A stretch of 64,000 nt of DNA from Ginglymostoma cirratum (Eukaryota), in assembly GCA_024137785.1 (NCBI GenBank), contig JAHRHZ010000268.1, positions 16,323,206 through 16,387,205 of the forward strand, read 5' to 3'. This document shows, piece after piece, positions 23,471 through 37,271 of this stretch (the stretch's first letter is position 1; each line of letters begins with the position of its first letter). A program made the position numbers and the translations under genes. Under the pieces are notes generated by a model, which saw only the letters and a program-made list of their open reading frames with translations, was not told where the DNA came from and searched no databases.

Positions 23471-24400
23471 TTTAAAGTGTTTAATCGAGTGAAATTCATG
23501 GCATCGGGCCACCATCTCTCAAAGTGACTTTTCTCACCTAATCTTCCACTCTTCACGTCATTTGTTGTACAGCAAGGCTTTTGAGTGGCTCTTCGAGGGA
23601 GTTGTGCGGTAACACTCACCAGTTCTGGGACCCTCCAGCTTTGAACCCTTTGACATCATATTTAAAGTAACTGTGTATCATTTCAGATGCATAAGCCAGG
23701 AACTTGTTGTTATACTGTGGTGCTTGACTGTAGTTGCCAAACACATGACGCTTACTCCCCTGCTCCCATGGACAGGGATTTGGAGGTGTTGCCGGAGAGG
23801 AGGGCAGTCCTTTGTCCAGCCGATCACTGCAGAAGCCACAGCACCAGACCCTGCCAGCCTGGACATAGACTGCAGCCCAGATCAGTGATGTGTCTGGTGA
23901 AAAGGAACATTTTGCAGCACAGAGAGCTGACTATGGCAAAATCCGAAGACTGACAAGGTCACAGATCCCCAGATTCTGGTGGCATCAAGTGCCTGACTGT
24001 AATGCAATTGGACAACTCCTGTAATTGACTTTGCCAGCACCCCTGACTGACTGTAGTCCCTGTTCATCCGACTAAGGTCTCATCTTTCTTGACTTTTACG
24101 CATCTCCATTCGCTTGAGGGACATGCGATTCTTTTTGCCACATAAACTGCTGGCAGGTTTAATGTTCATGTAACATGGAGCCACAGAGCAACATGTCCAA
24201 ACTCTATCTGACTGATAGGTTGACTGTTCAGAGCTACCCACTGTCACAAGCTGCCTGCCTCCACAGAAACTGGCTGCCTGTAACTGAATATTAAAGACCA
24301 CATTCGGTAAGAAACCAATGTGAGCCACGCAAAGCCCGCAAGTCAGTCCTGAAATTAGTGAGTGGTGCTAAGAAAGCAATGAGAAGTACACAGATGCTGG
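23450..24400. mobile_element. PIF/Harbinger-like DNA transposon relic (Myb/SANT-like part on +)
   Basis: Frameshifted DRDLEVL..RRAVL.P / TLPAW..AAQIS / KRN..Q pattern typical of Harbinger Myb/SANT-like proteins, in a locally GC-richer block. Confidence 0.5.
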
Positions 24401-26169
24401 CAGCCTCCAAGTGAACAGTAATGTGTTTGAGAGCTAGGAACTGAATACTTATCCGTGCCTGTAAAGTGACCTGGCAGAAGCATACATGTCGTAGGTGTCC
24501 CTGAGCTCCAAATTATAATGTTGAAGAGCAGAAATTGTGTCTGAGTTGGTCTGAGAACAAGCATGATGTGGTGTGGTGGTCAGCAAACTTCAACTTGTAT
24601 GGATAAAAGGTCAAGGAGAATGCAGTGATGTTGTTCAGTAAGGAGTTGCTGATGGGACAAACTTTTAAAAAATTACAGCCACCAGGTACCTGCTCTATTG
24701 CGTCAAAGTTTCTCAGTGATGATGAGGGGAGTTGGAAGTGGCACATAAATAAGGCAAGTTGGAATTTTAAGAAGATCCAAATACATGAAAATAAGGTGAT
24801 CAACACTCTATATGGTAAGATTCTGAGTTCACCATTTATGGGCTTGAGGGGAAAATCAGGAGCATTTTTCCCAGTGAGAATAGATTTCTCATTCACGCTA
24901 AATTTCCCTTTTTTTTTGCCATTACCTATACAACACCAGGGAAGATGTTTCTGCCCAATATGTCACATTGGATTGAAACAAACCCGTACGTAATGAAATG
25001 GGGGCTCAGGTGTGCGCTGGGAACCAGGTTGTTCTGTCAGCCTTCTTTGGCATGGTTCCCTAACTCAACCATAGCTTAGGATTCTACTTCTGAGTGTCTC
25101 CACCAGACAGGATAGTTAGGGTGATTCACTAAATTTTCCAAAAACTGTTTTCCACACTTAAATGTATCCCATAATAGGTCAGAATGGTTGAAATCTATTT
25201 TAATTCCTAAGGCGTCAACTACCAATGCAATGGAAAGTGTCATGCCCTAATATTATGAACAGTCAGTCAATTTTTATCTTTAAAACTGGACGTGAAAGGT
25301 TACAAAAGACAGCCAATTAACTTCTTTTCTGATCAATCCAGTCCCCTGTCTCAAAAGGGAACAAAATATATGTTCAAGACTTATATGAATCAGTTATGTA
25401 CCTGAAACCAATCTAAAGAGTATACTCATTAAATTGAATGCATTGATCAAACACAAAGACACTGAATATCTCAAATTATCCAAGTGTTAAACAACATCAC
25501 AAGATGCAAAATCAATGTTACCACTTGCCTTATTTGAAAAAGGACTTTGACTTTGTAAATCATTACATGATGAAACCACCATGATTTTTGCCTACTTTTA
25601 AAATCAGCAAGAACTGTTAATAGATAGAGTCACCAGAAAAAGATCGAATTAGTTGCAAGTCATCAAAGCAGCCAAGGTAATTATCAGCATTACTTTGCAA
25701 GTAGGAAATACTAACCGTGAGAAGGATCCCGAACCCTGTTCTAATTTAGACTTCACCTGAGAATGAACCTCTTATATACCTGACAAGAGATTTCACAGCC
25801 TGCTGAGAATCCTTCACTTTACAAGACCCACATTTCAACTTTCAAACTTTAACTTTATCTGTCAAATCAGAGGCGTGTCATAAAAGAGTCAAAATATTTG
25901 TAAGCTATAACAATAAACTACCTTTATCTGTAGATAATCTTTGTGCGTGAAAGAGTGTATATGAGATTGGTAATGGAAATGTTGCACTATTTTCAGGATA
26001 AGTGTGAGATAAATAAATAACTTTTGTTGTTTTAAACTCATAAAAGTTTGCTGCTTTAGTAAATTAATTGGAGATCCACACTCAGAATAAGAAAACATAA
26101 ACTTCTCACAGACAAACGTACTTCACTAGTACTAAACAGAACAGATAAGTTATGTCTGTGACAAAAGGA

Positions 26170-26400
26170 AACCTAGGAAGTCCACATTCCTGTCTTTCAC
26201 TCTTACCTGGAGATCCTGCTGAAGGATCTGAGGAACTGAAGTGAGCAGGTGTTTGACAAAGACGGAAAAACCAAACCTGCCCAACCAAGCAGATAAGAAT
26301 GGAAGCAGCCAAGGAAGTAGGCAGTGGAACTGTGGTCCTTCCAACCTGAAGACAATGCACTGAAAGAATTCAGGACCTTGAAGGATTTGAAAGGTGAATG
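26170..26400 (+). mobile_element. Harbinger-type Myb/SANT-like pseudo-coding fragment
   Basis: FHSYLEILLKDL...AAKEVGSGTVVLPT*RQC. The DNA resembles 62920-63100 (shared tcttacct.gag..cctgctg and tgaagacaatgca). Confidence 0.5.
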
Positions 26401-28414
26401 GAGTAGTACTTTTAGCTGCCAAAGCTCCATACTCATACGCTTTTTCCAGTAATCCCCTGCACAGTACTCGCCAAACCTACTGCACCTCGCAGATACTCTC
26501 ACTCCTCTTTTTCTAGGCATTTCCTTCTATCCTTATCTGGGCAGCTAACACTCATGTCATGCTCATTCATTCATGCCTCACAGTCACACTCCACAAATAT
26601 TGTTCTTCCCTCCATCTCCATAAGCTGTTACGTGGAGGAGAAGGAACCACACAACTTTGGAGATAGACAAAAACTGACACTAAGGGCACCCCTCCAGTGA
26701 TGACCATCTTAATAGCCAGTTTTCCTATGTAGCCAGTCATACTATGACTTTACTTAAAAATAAATTTGTACAATATTTTGAAAGGATAGAATAAAACAAA
26801 AGGATAATGGAATTGGATCAGAGAAACCTAGCTGAACAGTGCACACTGGCAGGACATGATGGACCAAATGGCCTCATTCTCTGTTGTAATTTCTATAAAA
26901 ATCAAATATCTCATTTTAAGTCACCACACTCTGCAATAATTGCCCTGACACACTTTCCAACATTTAAAGCTTGTGTTCAACATCATCAACAAACCTGCCT
27001 TGAATGACTTCAACTCTGTGGAAAATATAATCAACGACTACACAACTTGCCACCAGGTGTTAAAATTAATCGGAAATATGATGTGCCTATCAGATCCGTA
27101 TTATTCAACTGGCCTATGATAAGTGCTTCAGTAACAGTTCAGTACTGTAATGAGATGGTTGTAGGTATGAATGAGAACTAGAATTTGGACACACTCCAGA
27201 AACATGTTAATTATTTTAGGAATATTATAACACCACATCACCACTTTCTAACAGGTGCAGAACATTTTTGCCTTATTCAAATAACTTAAATTTCTAATTA
27301 TTGGAAGATTTTATTCTCTGAATTTTATTTTCTTCATTGAAATCTCTGATGGAGGTAAATAATTAAAAGGCATTTGAAATTCTCATTTTTCACCACGGCA
27401 TTTAAAACATAAAGGAAGGTTACAAGGTATTTGTTTTTTGATGGATTGAAAACATCTAGTGCAAACTCGAAGAAGTTTTGTTTGCTTGTAAATTGAAATG
27501 ATTACTTGCTAATCAGTGACAACCTTCTATCTTTGCAAAACAGGAAACTAGGTAAGAGAACAGCTGTATCAGGGTTGATCTTTGTTTTAACTGATTTTTA
27601 ATAAGTGAGCCTATAACAAAGCAGCATAAATACTTTGCCATGACATTAGTAAGTTGTACGCCTTTTTTTTAAACTATTAACATTAATTGGGAAGAAACAA
27701 TGTAACTTTATTTTGAATCTATGATCTTTTTTTAAATGCAGGCAGCGAAAATTGCAAACTAAAATCTTGCCCTTAAATTATGCTGTAATACACCGATACA
27801 TGAGTATCTGAAACTCGCCAGCTGCTAACTTAACACAGTCACGAACTCAATTAAAATACATGGATTAAAAGAGCAGGGAGAGAAATATCACATAATCTCT
27901 GTGATTGGAAATTTTCATAGCAATGTAAATTAATGGTATTTAACAGATACAAAAAGATGATTTTCAATAACAAAGATATTAGCATTTTCCATATAAATAG
28001 AGAAAAAATAGAAAATTCTCATTCATTTTCTCCAAGTTAGATTCCCTTGCATTTACATTTGAAAACTAGAAAATTCAAATTGTTCAATTGGAAATAAGTT
28101 GGCATTGATCTGAATAGGCAGGCATGAGAGATGAATGTACATCTTCAAAACTTAGTTAAAAGAAATAACACGGAAATTTTTGGTTCTTGCCCTTGAAAAC
28201 ACACAAGGCATTTTTTTAATGCACTGTTCACTTGGTTTCACTGTTTTAAACATGACAAGTGACAAGAAATTATTGAAAAGATCTAGGGTGGGAAATTAGA
28301 CTTTGGTGATAATTCTCAATCACCTGTTTTGCATTATCAGTACATTTTATACCTCACCTGATTATCTTTTCTGTTGGAAGGCAATTTCATAGCTGTTTTT
28401 TACATTTTGGCAAT

Positions 28415-28712
28415 TCATAGAATCCCTATGGTGTGGAACAGGACATTTGGTCCAACAGGTCCACACCAACTCGCTGAGGAGCATCTGATCAAGACTCATC
28501 CCCCTCCCTATCCCTGCAACTCCCATGGCTAATCCACCTAACCTACACATCCCTGGACACTATGGCTAAACTACCTAACCTGCATATCTTTGGACTGTGG
28601 GAGGAAACCAGTACAGACGTTGGAAGAATATGCAAACTCCACACAGACAGTTGCCCAAGGCTGGAATTGAAGCCAGGTCCCTGGTGCCGTGAAACCACTG
28701 ATCCACCAGGCC
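28415..28712 (-). mobile_element. HE1-type V-SINE
   Basis: Reverse of tRNA head, V-domain (ctgtctgtgtggagtttgca.attct) and HER1-like tail. Similar to 40666-40950. Confidence 0.85.
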
Positions 28713-30259
28713 ACCTGTACAAAGCCACTGTTTCACCCATATTATAAACCCACAATTAAAATCAGCACTAAATAAATTAATTAACAACATTTATTTGAGA
28801 AATTAGAATCTAATATGCAAAGTGTTGTGAATTAAATAATTACTGTTATTTGATTCTAACAAAATGAACCTTTTCGGGTGCTAATATTTTGCATGTTGGT
28901 GATTTACAGAAAAAAAATTGAAGATTGTGAAATCGAGATACATTTTTATATTTAGATATGGTATCTAGATATATATCTAAGTAAGGCTTACAATGATCAC
29001 ATAACTCATTTCTGGTGGTGCCAATTTTATAATATTCAGGGTTGAGACTGAGCAGCATTTTAATGGTGACAGAGAAACAAAGGGCTGTTAGCATAAAATT
29101 TGTGAAATCAAGTTCTAATTTGTAGTAAATGAAACAGTATTGCAATGCCCATACAGATTCTGTGAGGAAGTGTTGAATTAAATTGCTCCTGACATCATTA
29201 AAATCACAGCCGTTAAGAGTAATTTGATGTGAATAAACAGTAAAATATTTCACAGCGAGATAGCACATAAAAAGCCCTTGGAACTGGTTGAGTCAGTGAA
29301 GAAATGCTCCCTTTAATACCAAAGCCCATCTGTGAAAACCATGGACCATGTTAAGTGAATCAAATTTTCTGACGGACGATTATATTTCATTTCTCTTTCC
29401 TCTGAAGCAGAAAACTGCATCGCATTAAAAAATATATTTTATTCACAGATTAATAATCGATCTTCTTCCACTGGGGTGCATCATCTCAAGAATCAAATTG
29501 CTGGCAAAACCTATACCGTATTTCATTATTCTCAAGCTAAATAAGATCTTTCTCATACATAATATATTTTCTTGCAGTGAATTAACATTCTTGTTTCAAA
29601 ACCTACTGACAGTTTTTAGATTCAGAAATGTATTATACAGGAGCTGATGACATACTCCTTTCTGACCCTTACACATTTGCTTTCTGTCATTTACAGAACA
29701 TGCTGTCAGTGGAATCCTGATAAATGCTCTTGAAGATGTCACAGCAAAGCTCAGCCTTAATGCGAAACACATGCGGGTCAGTAACCCTCCATTCATCATC
29801 AAGAAGAGGGTCAAGCTACTGCTGGATCATTGATGGTCAAAAGCAATTAACCCTTTCATTTACTATTTCTGACAAGAGTATTCAGAAGTGTGTTTCTCCA
29901 TTACCCTGAATTAATCACCAACACTGACGGTTTCATATTTTTATTGCTTTACAAGCTGTTAATGCCAGCATAAACTTTGACAGGTCAAAATCATATAGAA
30001 ATATATAATAATTCATTTTCCATAGGTGTGAGGTTATGCCCTCTTCAAGGAACTGTAATACGTTCAATACTTTGACTTTTATCTTCCTTTTCTCACCTTA
30101 TATAATCACACTACTTGCATCAAAGTGTTGGAATCCAAAAGTGGACAGCATACAAAACAGGCAACAGATCCAAACTGGTCAATAACTGGTTTTTGGAGTT
30201 GGGTTAAAAATATCCTCAGAGAATCTCTACTTTCTTTGGGTATCCTTATGGACTAGTCA

Positions 30260-31130
30260 TCTATGTGGCACTGTATCAAAAGCTTTGCTGCAAGCTGATT
30301 AAACAACATCCACTGTGTTCCTCCATCCACAGAGCTTGTTATCTCCTCAAAGAACTCTAACAGATTTGTCAGGCATGATCTCCCACTCATAAAGCCATGC
30401 TGGTTCCCTCTTTTAATGCTGTGTTTTTCTAGGTTCCTTCAAGACGCTATCAATTGCTTTCTTTGTCATCCTTTTCTTAGTTATTTTTAATGGATTGTGT
30501 GATTACACCCAAGATATTTTTAGAATTAAGTTTTCTGTGGTCTGCTGAAAGTCTCAGTTAGAGTCTCTTGTGTACGCATTTCCTCACTGCATAGCTTTTC
30601 CACATAACTCTGGTGACAAATCCAAGGATCAATTTTGTTTCCCTTTGCTAGACTCTCTTTCCACAAAATTGACAATGATCAGTATTTTGCATGATTTCTG
30701 TACTAGAAAGTTATCAGACCTTGTTTTGAACAAGTTCATTGCCACTTTCTCAGACTTTTAAACTCAACCCTCCAGCTATGCAATTCAAGATCTTGTTTTG
30801 CCATTTTTTTAAGACTGCCGCTTAACTTTTCTGATGGCTTCAGCTAGTTAGCTACGTTTATCCCCAAAATAATTATTCTGTGTTCTTTTTGTAGATTACT
30901 CCCTTTTACCCTGTCAGGTAAGTTCAATGTTCCCATTTCTGGAAAAGATTTTTGAGCTGTAATGTATACCACTGATTCTCTGATCAGTGCTCCCTTTCAG
31001 AGTGTGTCAGTGAATTTAGAGTCCTGGTCCCATTGCTTATTTTTCTTCCTCAGTCTGACCATCTATGTTATCCCACCGGATTAAATGACACGTGCCACTT
31101 GCCAAGATATCTGCATAATCCAATAAAATA
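30260..31130 (-). mobile_element. Ancient CR1-clade LINE remnant
   Basis: ggcactgtatcaaaagcttt..aacaacatccac..ataaagccatgctgg is the reverse of QHGF...VDV....F.KAFDTVP RT motifs. Confidence 0.65.
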
Positions 31131-34100
31131 AGTTCCCTTTAGAGTTACTTACTCATAATTTCTGAAATATTTTGATTTTCTATATTACATTACTGATGTT
31201 ATATATAAAGTTCTTTAACCTTTTGCAGTTACCTGTTTTATTAGTTTTGGTTATAGTTTAAGCATTTCATTCCAGCAACGATTTTGGAAGGGCAGAGGAA
31301 ACATGAACAAATTGACAAACAGAATCGACAAATGGAAAAATAGGACAAATTTTCAAAAGTTTGCAGTTTGCTCATTACTGGTGCAAATTCAGTCTGTGCT
31401 GCAGATTGATTCTGATCGATATTTTATTTTAAAACATCAATGAATTTCTTCCTTATTCACTGGTCCATGGCCAAATGATATACAAGTTACAGCAACATTG
31501 CACAAAATTACCACTAATATTTCAATTACATAGTTACTCAATCAGCAGTAAAAAATTGGATTTGTCCATTAACTGGGAAAGTCTATTTGGTTAATAATAT
31601 CAGAACTCTGTATTGAATCTGGAATTGAAATGTACAAAACAAGTTTGAAGGACAAATTCAATAATTCTGAAAGCTCAGATTTTAAATTTTATTTTTCCTA
31701 CCTGTTGAGAAAATTTCCATTTGAGTTCAGAGTGTGAGTAATTGACAAAGACTTAATTTATACCCCCTCCTGCTTAACCGTTGTAAACTTCACACTGCTA
31801 TCGCATGATTTTTAATTTAAAGAACATTGCTTTCACATAAATGAATGACTGCCAGAATAAAAGAGATAAAACTCTTACCTGAAATGTTTCAAAAATGAAG
31901 GCCTTAAGTATTGTTCAATAGCAGAATCAAAAAGGATACAGCTAAATTGATGTTTCAATGCATTGTGACACAAAGGTTGTATAGAGTTTTTCAATATTTG
32001 CTGCACCTTCAGAAGATGTACTAGTTGAAGAATATTAACAATATTATTGAGAGATGAGACGTTAATTTTATTCATCTTCAGAAAGTCAATTATAAGGAGC
32101 TTTTACATTACAGTAAGGATATGTATCAGATGTATTTTAATGTGTCAGCCAGTCTCCTCTGATGCTGGTCAAGGTAGTCTCCAGTCTGACTTTAATACTT
32201 AATTGATAAGGTTAAGTTGTATTTAAATTACCATGTCTTAAGGTGGGGGGGATATTCTGAGATATTCTCAATGTAGATATTTTTAATCCACATATTCAAG
32301 TGCGTTATGGTACACACCTCTAGAGCTGGTGGGGAGAGATATTCTCTATGTAGCCTAAATAGGTACATTCTCAGCAATTCTCAGCAATACAGGGCAATTG
32401 CTGAAGCTTGGCAACTCCTATTGTAGGAATAAAGTAGGATATCTGGTCATAAGAACTGGCAGGAAATGATTGGTTTTCTTTCTCATCAAATTATTCTTTG
32501 GATTGATAGAAGCAGGTTGTAAAAATTTTGATATTATTACTTGTTAACTATTTCAGAAAGACATGAGTGAGATTTTCCATGTTGTGTTTGGCTTGTAAGT
32601 ACATTCTCTAAATTTGTAACTGGTTCACTACAAAAGAAAATGTGTACACTTCTTCTACCAAGTATTGTAATTTGGGTATCATGTGTTGTAATATTTTTGG
32701 CACAATAGCTTGAAAGTATGCATTCTTTCAAAAAAACAAATCAGAAGGCAACAGATTATCAACAACAAACTCCAGGGACTCTAAGACAGGGGAGTCATTG
32801 AGAGTCTTAACCTTTCACACATAAAAACTGCTTTCACATGACACTCAATAAGGCTGCCTTTGGAAGCTACACAAAAAGTTAGTTAGTCAGGGATGAAGTA
32901 CAAAGGAGTTATTTTACTTCATCTTTTTATATTGAGAGTCATAAGTAGGGTGTTAGAACAGAAGTAGTGATTTTTGAACTTATTGTAAGAATATAATAAT
33001 ATATGTTTTAACATATTGTTAAAATATTTTAAAAAGGCCCGAAGTAAAGTTAAAGACATTAGCATAACTTTGTATTTCAGATGATTCAGATAAATTGTTC
33101 CAGCATCAGTCTTGTGGTTTATGGCATGGTCAAAATGCCTCAATACTGTGTGTGCTTTGTAACTCATGCCTATGTATCCATGATTCTCTGTGTATCACAT
33201 GGAGTTGAACTAGATCTTATTACCTATAATATCACTACTTAGAAGTGAAAGGGCACTTAGTTCCCACACCAATATGGACATAAATTCTAGATTCCTTCAT
33301 GGCTTCAAAACAGTAAAAGATATTTAATCCATACAGTAATAAAACTAAACATGATGGATTACATATCAGAAGAGAATTCTGATCAAAGGCTAATACAATA
33401 TTACTGCAGTGTATATATTTTAACAACTCCTGTATTACTGTCAATGAGGAAATGAAGTTTGTGCAAAAATACTCAAAAGCAAAAGACTTACTTTGAAAAG
33501 TAGATGCATTTCAGCATCTTGTGCAAACACTTCTGTTCAAAAAGACGGAAATGTTGGGATTTGTTGAAAATATTAAATGATTGAGTCTGAAAACTTTAAA
33601 CAATTTAGTGATCTAAAATAAACATAGATGGTCTTTGTCAATATCTCTTCAATAGTACTGTTCTCCAGTTTCTACTAATGTTATTCCAAGAAAGCATAAT
33701 TTGGAGGCGAAAAGAAGTGACTAACATATGCAAATGGAAGACTAAAAGTGAAGAATGAGGCCTACTGCAATTACACATTTTATGTACTATATTTGTCCCA
33801 TGAGTCAGTGATGACATAACAACTCATCCTTCCTGTGTTCCGAAGCTCAGGGTCATAAAAACAAAGGTCCTCCTTCAGAAGCTACAAGGATGAAAGTAGA
33901 TCAGAGACTTCCAGCCTGTCACCTTTGAGCAGACACTGGCTGATAACATCTACAGATGTAGAACTGCAAATTAATTCTTTATTTATTTATTCTCCAAATA
34001 AGTGCACTAACCTTTATTGACTTTGACACAGATGCTATGATAAATGGTGAATAAAATGTCAGAGGAAAATATGCTTCAAATGCCTGGATCTCAAATGCAA

Positions 34101-34523
34101 GACAACAATCAAAAAGCCTTCTTTCATTTTATGCTTTCTTACATTCTTATTTGTAAGAATTGAAAGAGCAGCCTGCTTGCAGAAGTATTTCTTTAACCAA
34201 TCCCCTGATGATATTTGTGATTATGAGGAGTTCTTTTGAAATAAGATAACATTGCTACACAAGACTTATGAAATTACAAGAATCATTTTGGCATAACTGA
34301 TAGAGACCAAGATAGTCTCCAAAATTTGAAATTTTTTTTTTTTACTGTGTTGTATGACTCAATATTCCTACCACACCTGACTATGGCCTTGCTATGTAAC
34401 TTATATGCTGAATTCCTCATCTTGGTTACATATACCTCAACATGCAATTCCCAAAAAAATCTAAACCTGTGGCAGAACTAAACAAGGCGCAACATGTGAA
34501 ACAAACAGTAAAAAATAGTTAAT

Positions 34524-34679
34524 AAAAACCAAAAGAACTGCGGATGCTGTAAATTGGAAACAAAAACAGAAGTTGCTGGGGAAATTCTGAGGAAGGGTCA
34601 GTGGACCCGAAACATAACTGATTTTTCTTCACAGGTGCTGCCAGACCTGCTGAGCTTTTCCAGCAACTTCTGTTTTTGT
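34524..34679. mobile_element. Penelope-derived repeat: inverted partial copy plus direct copy carrying a hammerhead core
   Basis: 20-bp perfect inverted repeat at 34560-34579 and 34660-34679, flanking CTGAGGA-A-GGGTC-AGTG-GACCC-GAAAC. Confidence 0.75.
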
Positions 34680-34719
34680 ACTAAAATATATTTGTTAGGG
34701 CTGGAATATCTCAAAGCCT

Positions 34720-35225
34720 TTTTAATCAATTATGGGCTTTTTTCTCAAAGGAGTTGAAATACAAAAGTGTGGTTATTAGGTATCATTGTTGCCTTGGCCA
34801 GAACACATCTGGAGAACTACAGTCATTTCTGGCCATAATCTCAAAAAGAATATATCAGCCATGGAAAGGATGCAATACAAATTTCATTGAATTATAGTGG
34901 ACATAAAGGGCTTAATTATGAGTACATGCTGCATAAACTTGGTTTCTGTCTCCTTTAGTGTGAAAAATTTGGGATGGAGGTGTGTTGTAATCTAATTGAG
35001 GTGTGAAATATATTTAAAGAATTTGATAGGGCAGATAAAACAATAATCTTTTATTCTTGTGGGGGAAACCAGAATAAGAGGGCATATACTTAATATCAGA
35101 TCTTTGTTTGGTATGATTATCAGGGAGTATAAAACAAAGATGAATAAGTGAGGAGAATGTGGCATATCTAATTGAATGACAGATGTGATTGAGGGTCTGA
35201 ATAGCCCACTCATAGTCCTATATTT
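34720..35225 (+). mobile_element. Decayed CR1-like LINE 3' fragment
   Basis: Remnants of cattgttgccttggccagaacacatctggagaactac (YxxLVRPHLEY-like), gaaaccagaataagagggcat (TRTRGH-like) and a CR1 tail. Confidence 0.7.
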
Positions 35226-37056
35226 TACAGTTTCGCATAATTTGTGGGCCTGGTTTTAACCCATTCAAAACCAGTAAACACACAGAGAGAGTTAAAATTG
35301 ACTTGTGCAATATATCTCTGTTGCAATGATACATTTATCATATTCAGAAGTTATGACATTCATGACAATGAAACTAATCATGAACAGTATTTGAGTATTT
35401 TTAACAGAAGACAAAATTTCTCATTCTATTCCAAAAGCAATCTGTTTGATACTGCTATACCCTTAATCAATTTCTTGTGGAAGAGGAAAATAGGGTGTCA
35501 ATTAATTGTGTGCTCAATGTGCACAGAAACCAGGAAGGTTCCTATTTGCCCAAAGGGGAAACTTGTTTATTCAATCTTTATACTTTTCACAATACTGTGA
35601 ACTGCTGGATCTGTGAGTTATCAGTGCGCTGCAGAAAGCAGAGACAACATTGCATGATGTGACTGCACATTAAATAAAGAATAAAAAGCCACAGATGCAA
35701 GGAGTCATTTTGGCCACCCTTTGTGCCATTAGAATCTAATTTTCTGCCTATTAAAATGTCCCTTACTGTTCAGGCGGTAGCAGTAGCCAATGATTGGTGT
35801 GTAATTGACTATAATTGTCTTTTCACTTTTCATTTATATCATTCTGTGCTTCCTTCTGTTCTTCAATTTATAGCAAGATTTTCAAGAAAATCATACCTTT
35901 AACACTCCATATCCTAGCTTTGAAATGACTCACTTTTAATTATAGGATCCAGTCCCTTGTGACCAATATTAAAAATTAACTGGTGTACATATCAGATGAC
36001 ACCTGTGTCCAACTTATGCTAACAAATGGAGACAGTATATTTTAATAAAATAATAATGTCAACTTTCCACCAGCTGGTCATACATTTAAAAACTTTAAGG
36101 CTCTCCCAACGCTCTCTGCAATTATTCTATCTGAGGATAATTTACTGATCCTCTGGTAGCAATGTGAATCTTCTGCAGAGCAATAACATTGTGATATTAA
36201 TATATTAAAGTTGCTTAACAAAGCATTGAAAGATAAAGCATACATTTTAATCAAAGGGCAAGTTGATGCTGGCAGTTCTTATTTATGCATCTAATATCAT
36301 TTCCTGAACCATTTTCAGCAAATAAAGTGGCGAATAATCATGTGGATTCACTTCAATCACACATTGAAAGAGCTTGTTAAAGTAATACATCACTTTGTTG
36401 TGAGGTACTCCTCTTTTTTAACAATTCCCTTTTGAAATTCTTTGTTCAGTTTGTAGATTTACAATATATAAAGTAACACAACCGAATCACATTTTAAACA
36501 CAATATGCTGCATATCATTACTCTCAGTAATGTCTGGACTAAAATGAAGACAATATAATAAAATATACCCATTAGGCATGATAGCAGGAAAAAAAATTAA
36601 AACATGCATTAAACAAACTAAAAGAAAAACATGAATTAGTGAATTGAAAGATAATGAACATTTATAAATTGGGTTGTGACAATAACCTCAAAATTCTCAT
36701 TGAATTTCACATTGGAAATGGTTTCTGCTTCATTTCAAATGTTTCTTTGTAAAAGTCGTCAATAATTTTTGCATCATTTTTCCTATAAATTTTCACTTTG
36801 TGACCTTATTTAATTTTCCAACACTCCTAAAGGTGATAGATGCAGCAAATGCTTGTCTTATATAGCACTGAGAAAATTAAGTGTCTGAAAGATTGGTTTG
36901 AACAATGAATAGCTACAAACTAGCAGTCACATGAGACGCACAGACAGATTTGTGCAATGATTTAAGTTCAGAAATGCTTCTTTAATTTTGCCTTGGGTAG
37001 TAAACTATTTGGTTCATATATATAGTAGACACCCTGTTTTGAATCACAAAACTGAC

Positions 37057-37271
37057 CTGAGGTGAGAGGCCGTTGCTAACCGTTGGATTCATGGGATTGG
37101 TAGACCCTGCAGGAGACACAAAGCTGTCTGTGTACCCTGAAAATCCATGCCTGCTGGTGGATAAGCAATAAGCAGAACTGCTGTCTGGAGTCGAAGGGAG
37201 GCTGCTTTGGTGAACTGATGTTGGAGGCAGAGGCTGTGGCCTGTGAACTGTGTTGCTTGGATCTGAGATTG
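37057..37271 (-). CDS. pax3: Pax3 exon 7 (Pro/Ser/Thr-rich transactivation region)
   Basis: tgctttcAG|(A)[71 protein letters not shown]|GTCAGT. 215 nt. Lies within ORF 36982-37281. Confidence 0.97.
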
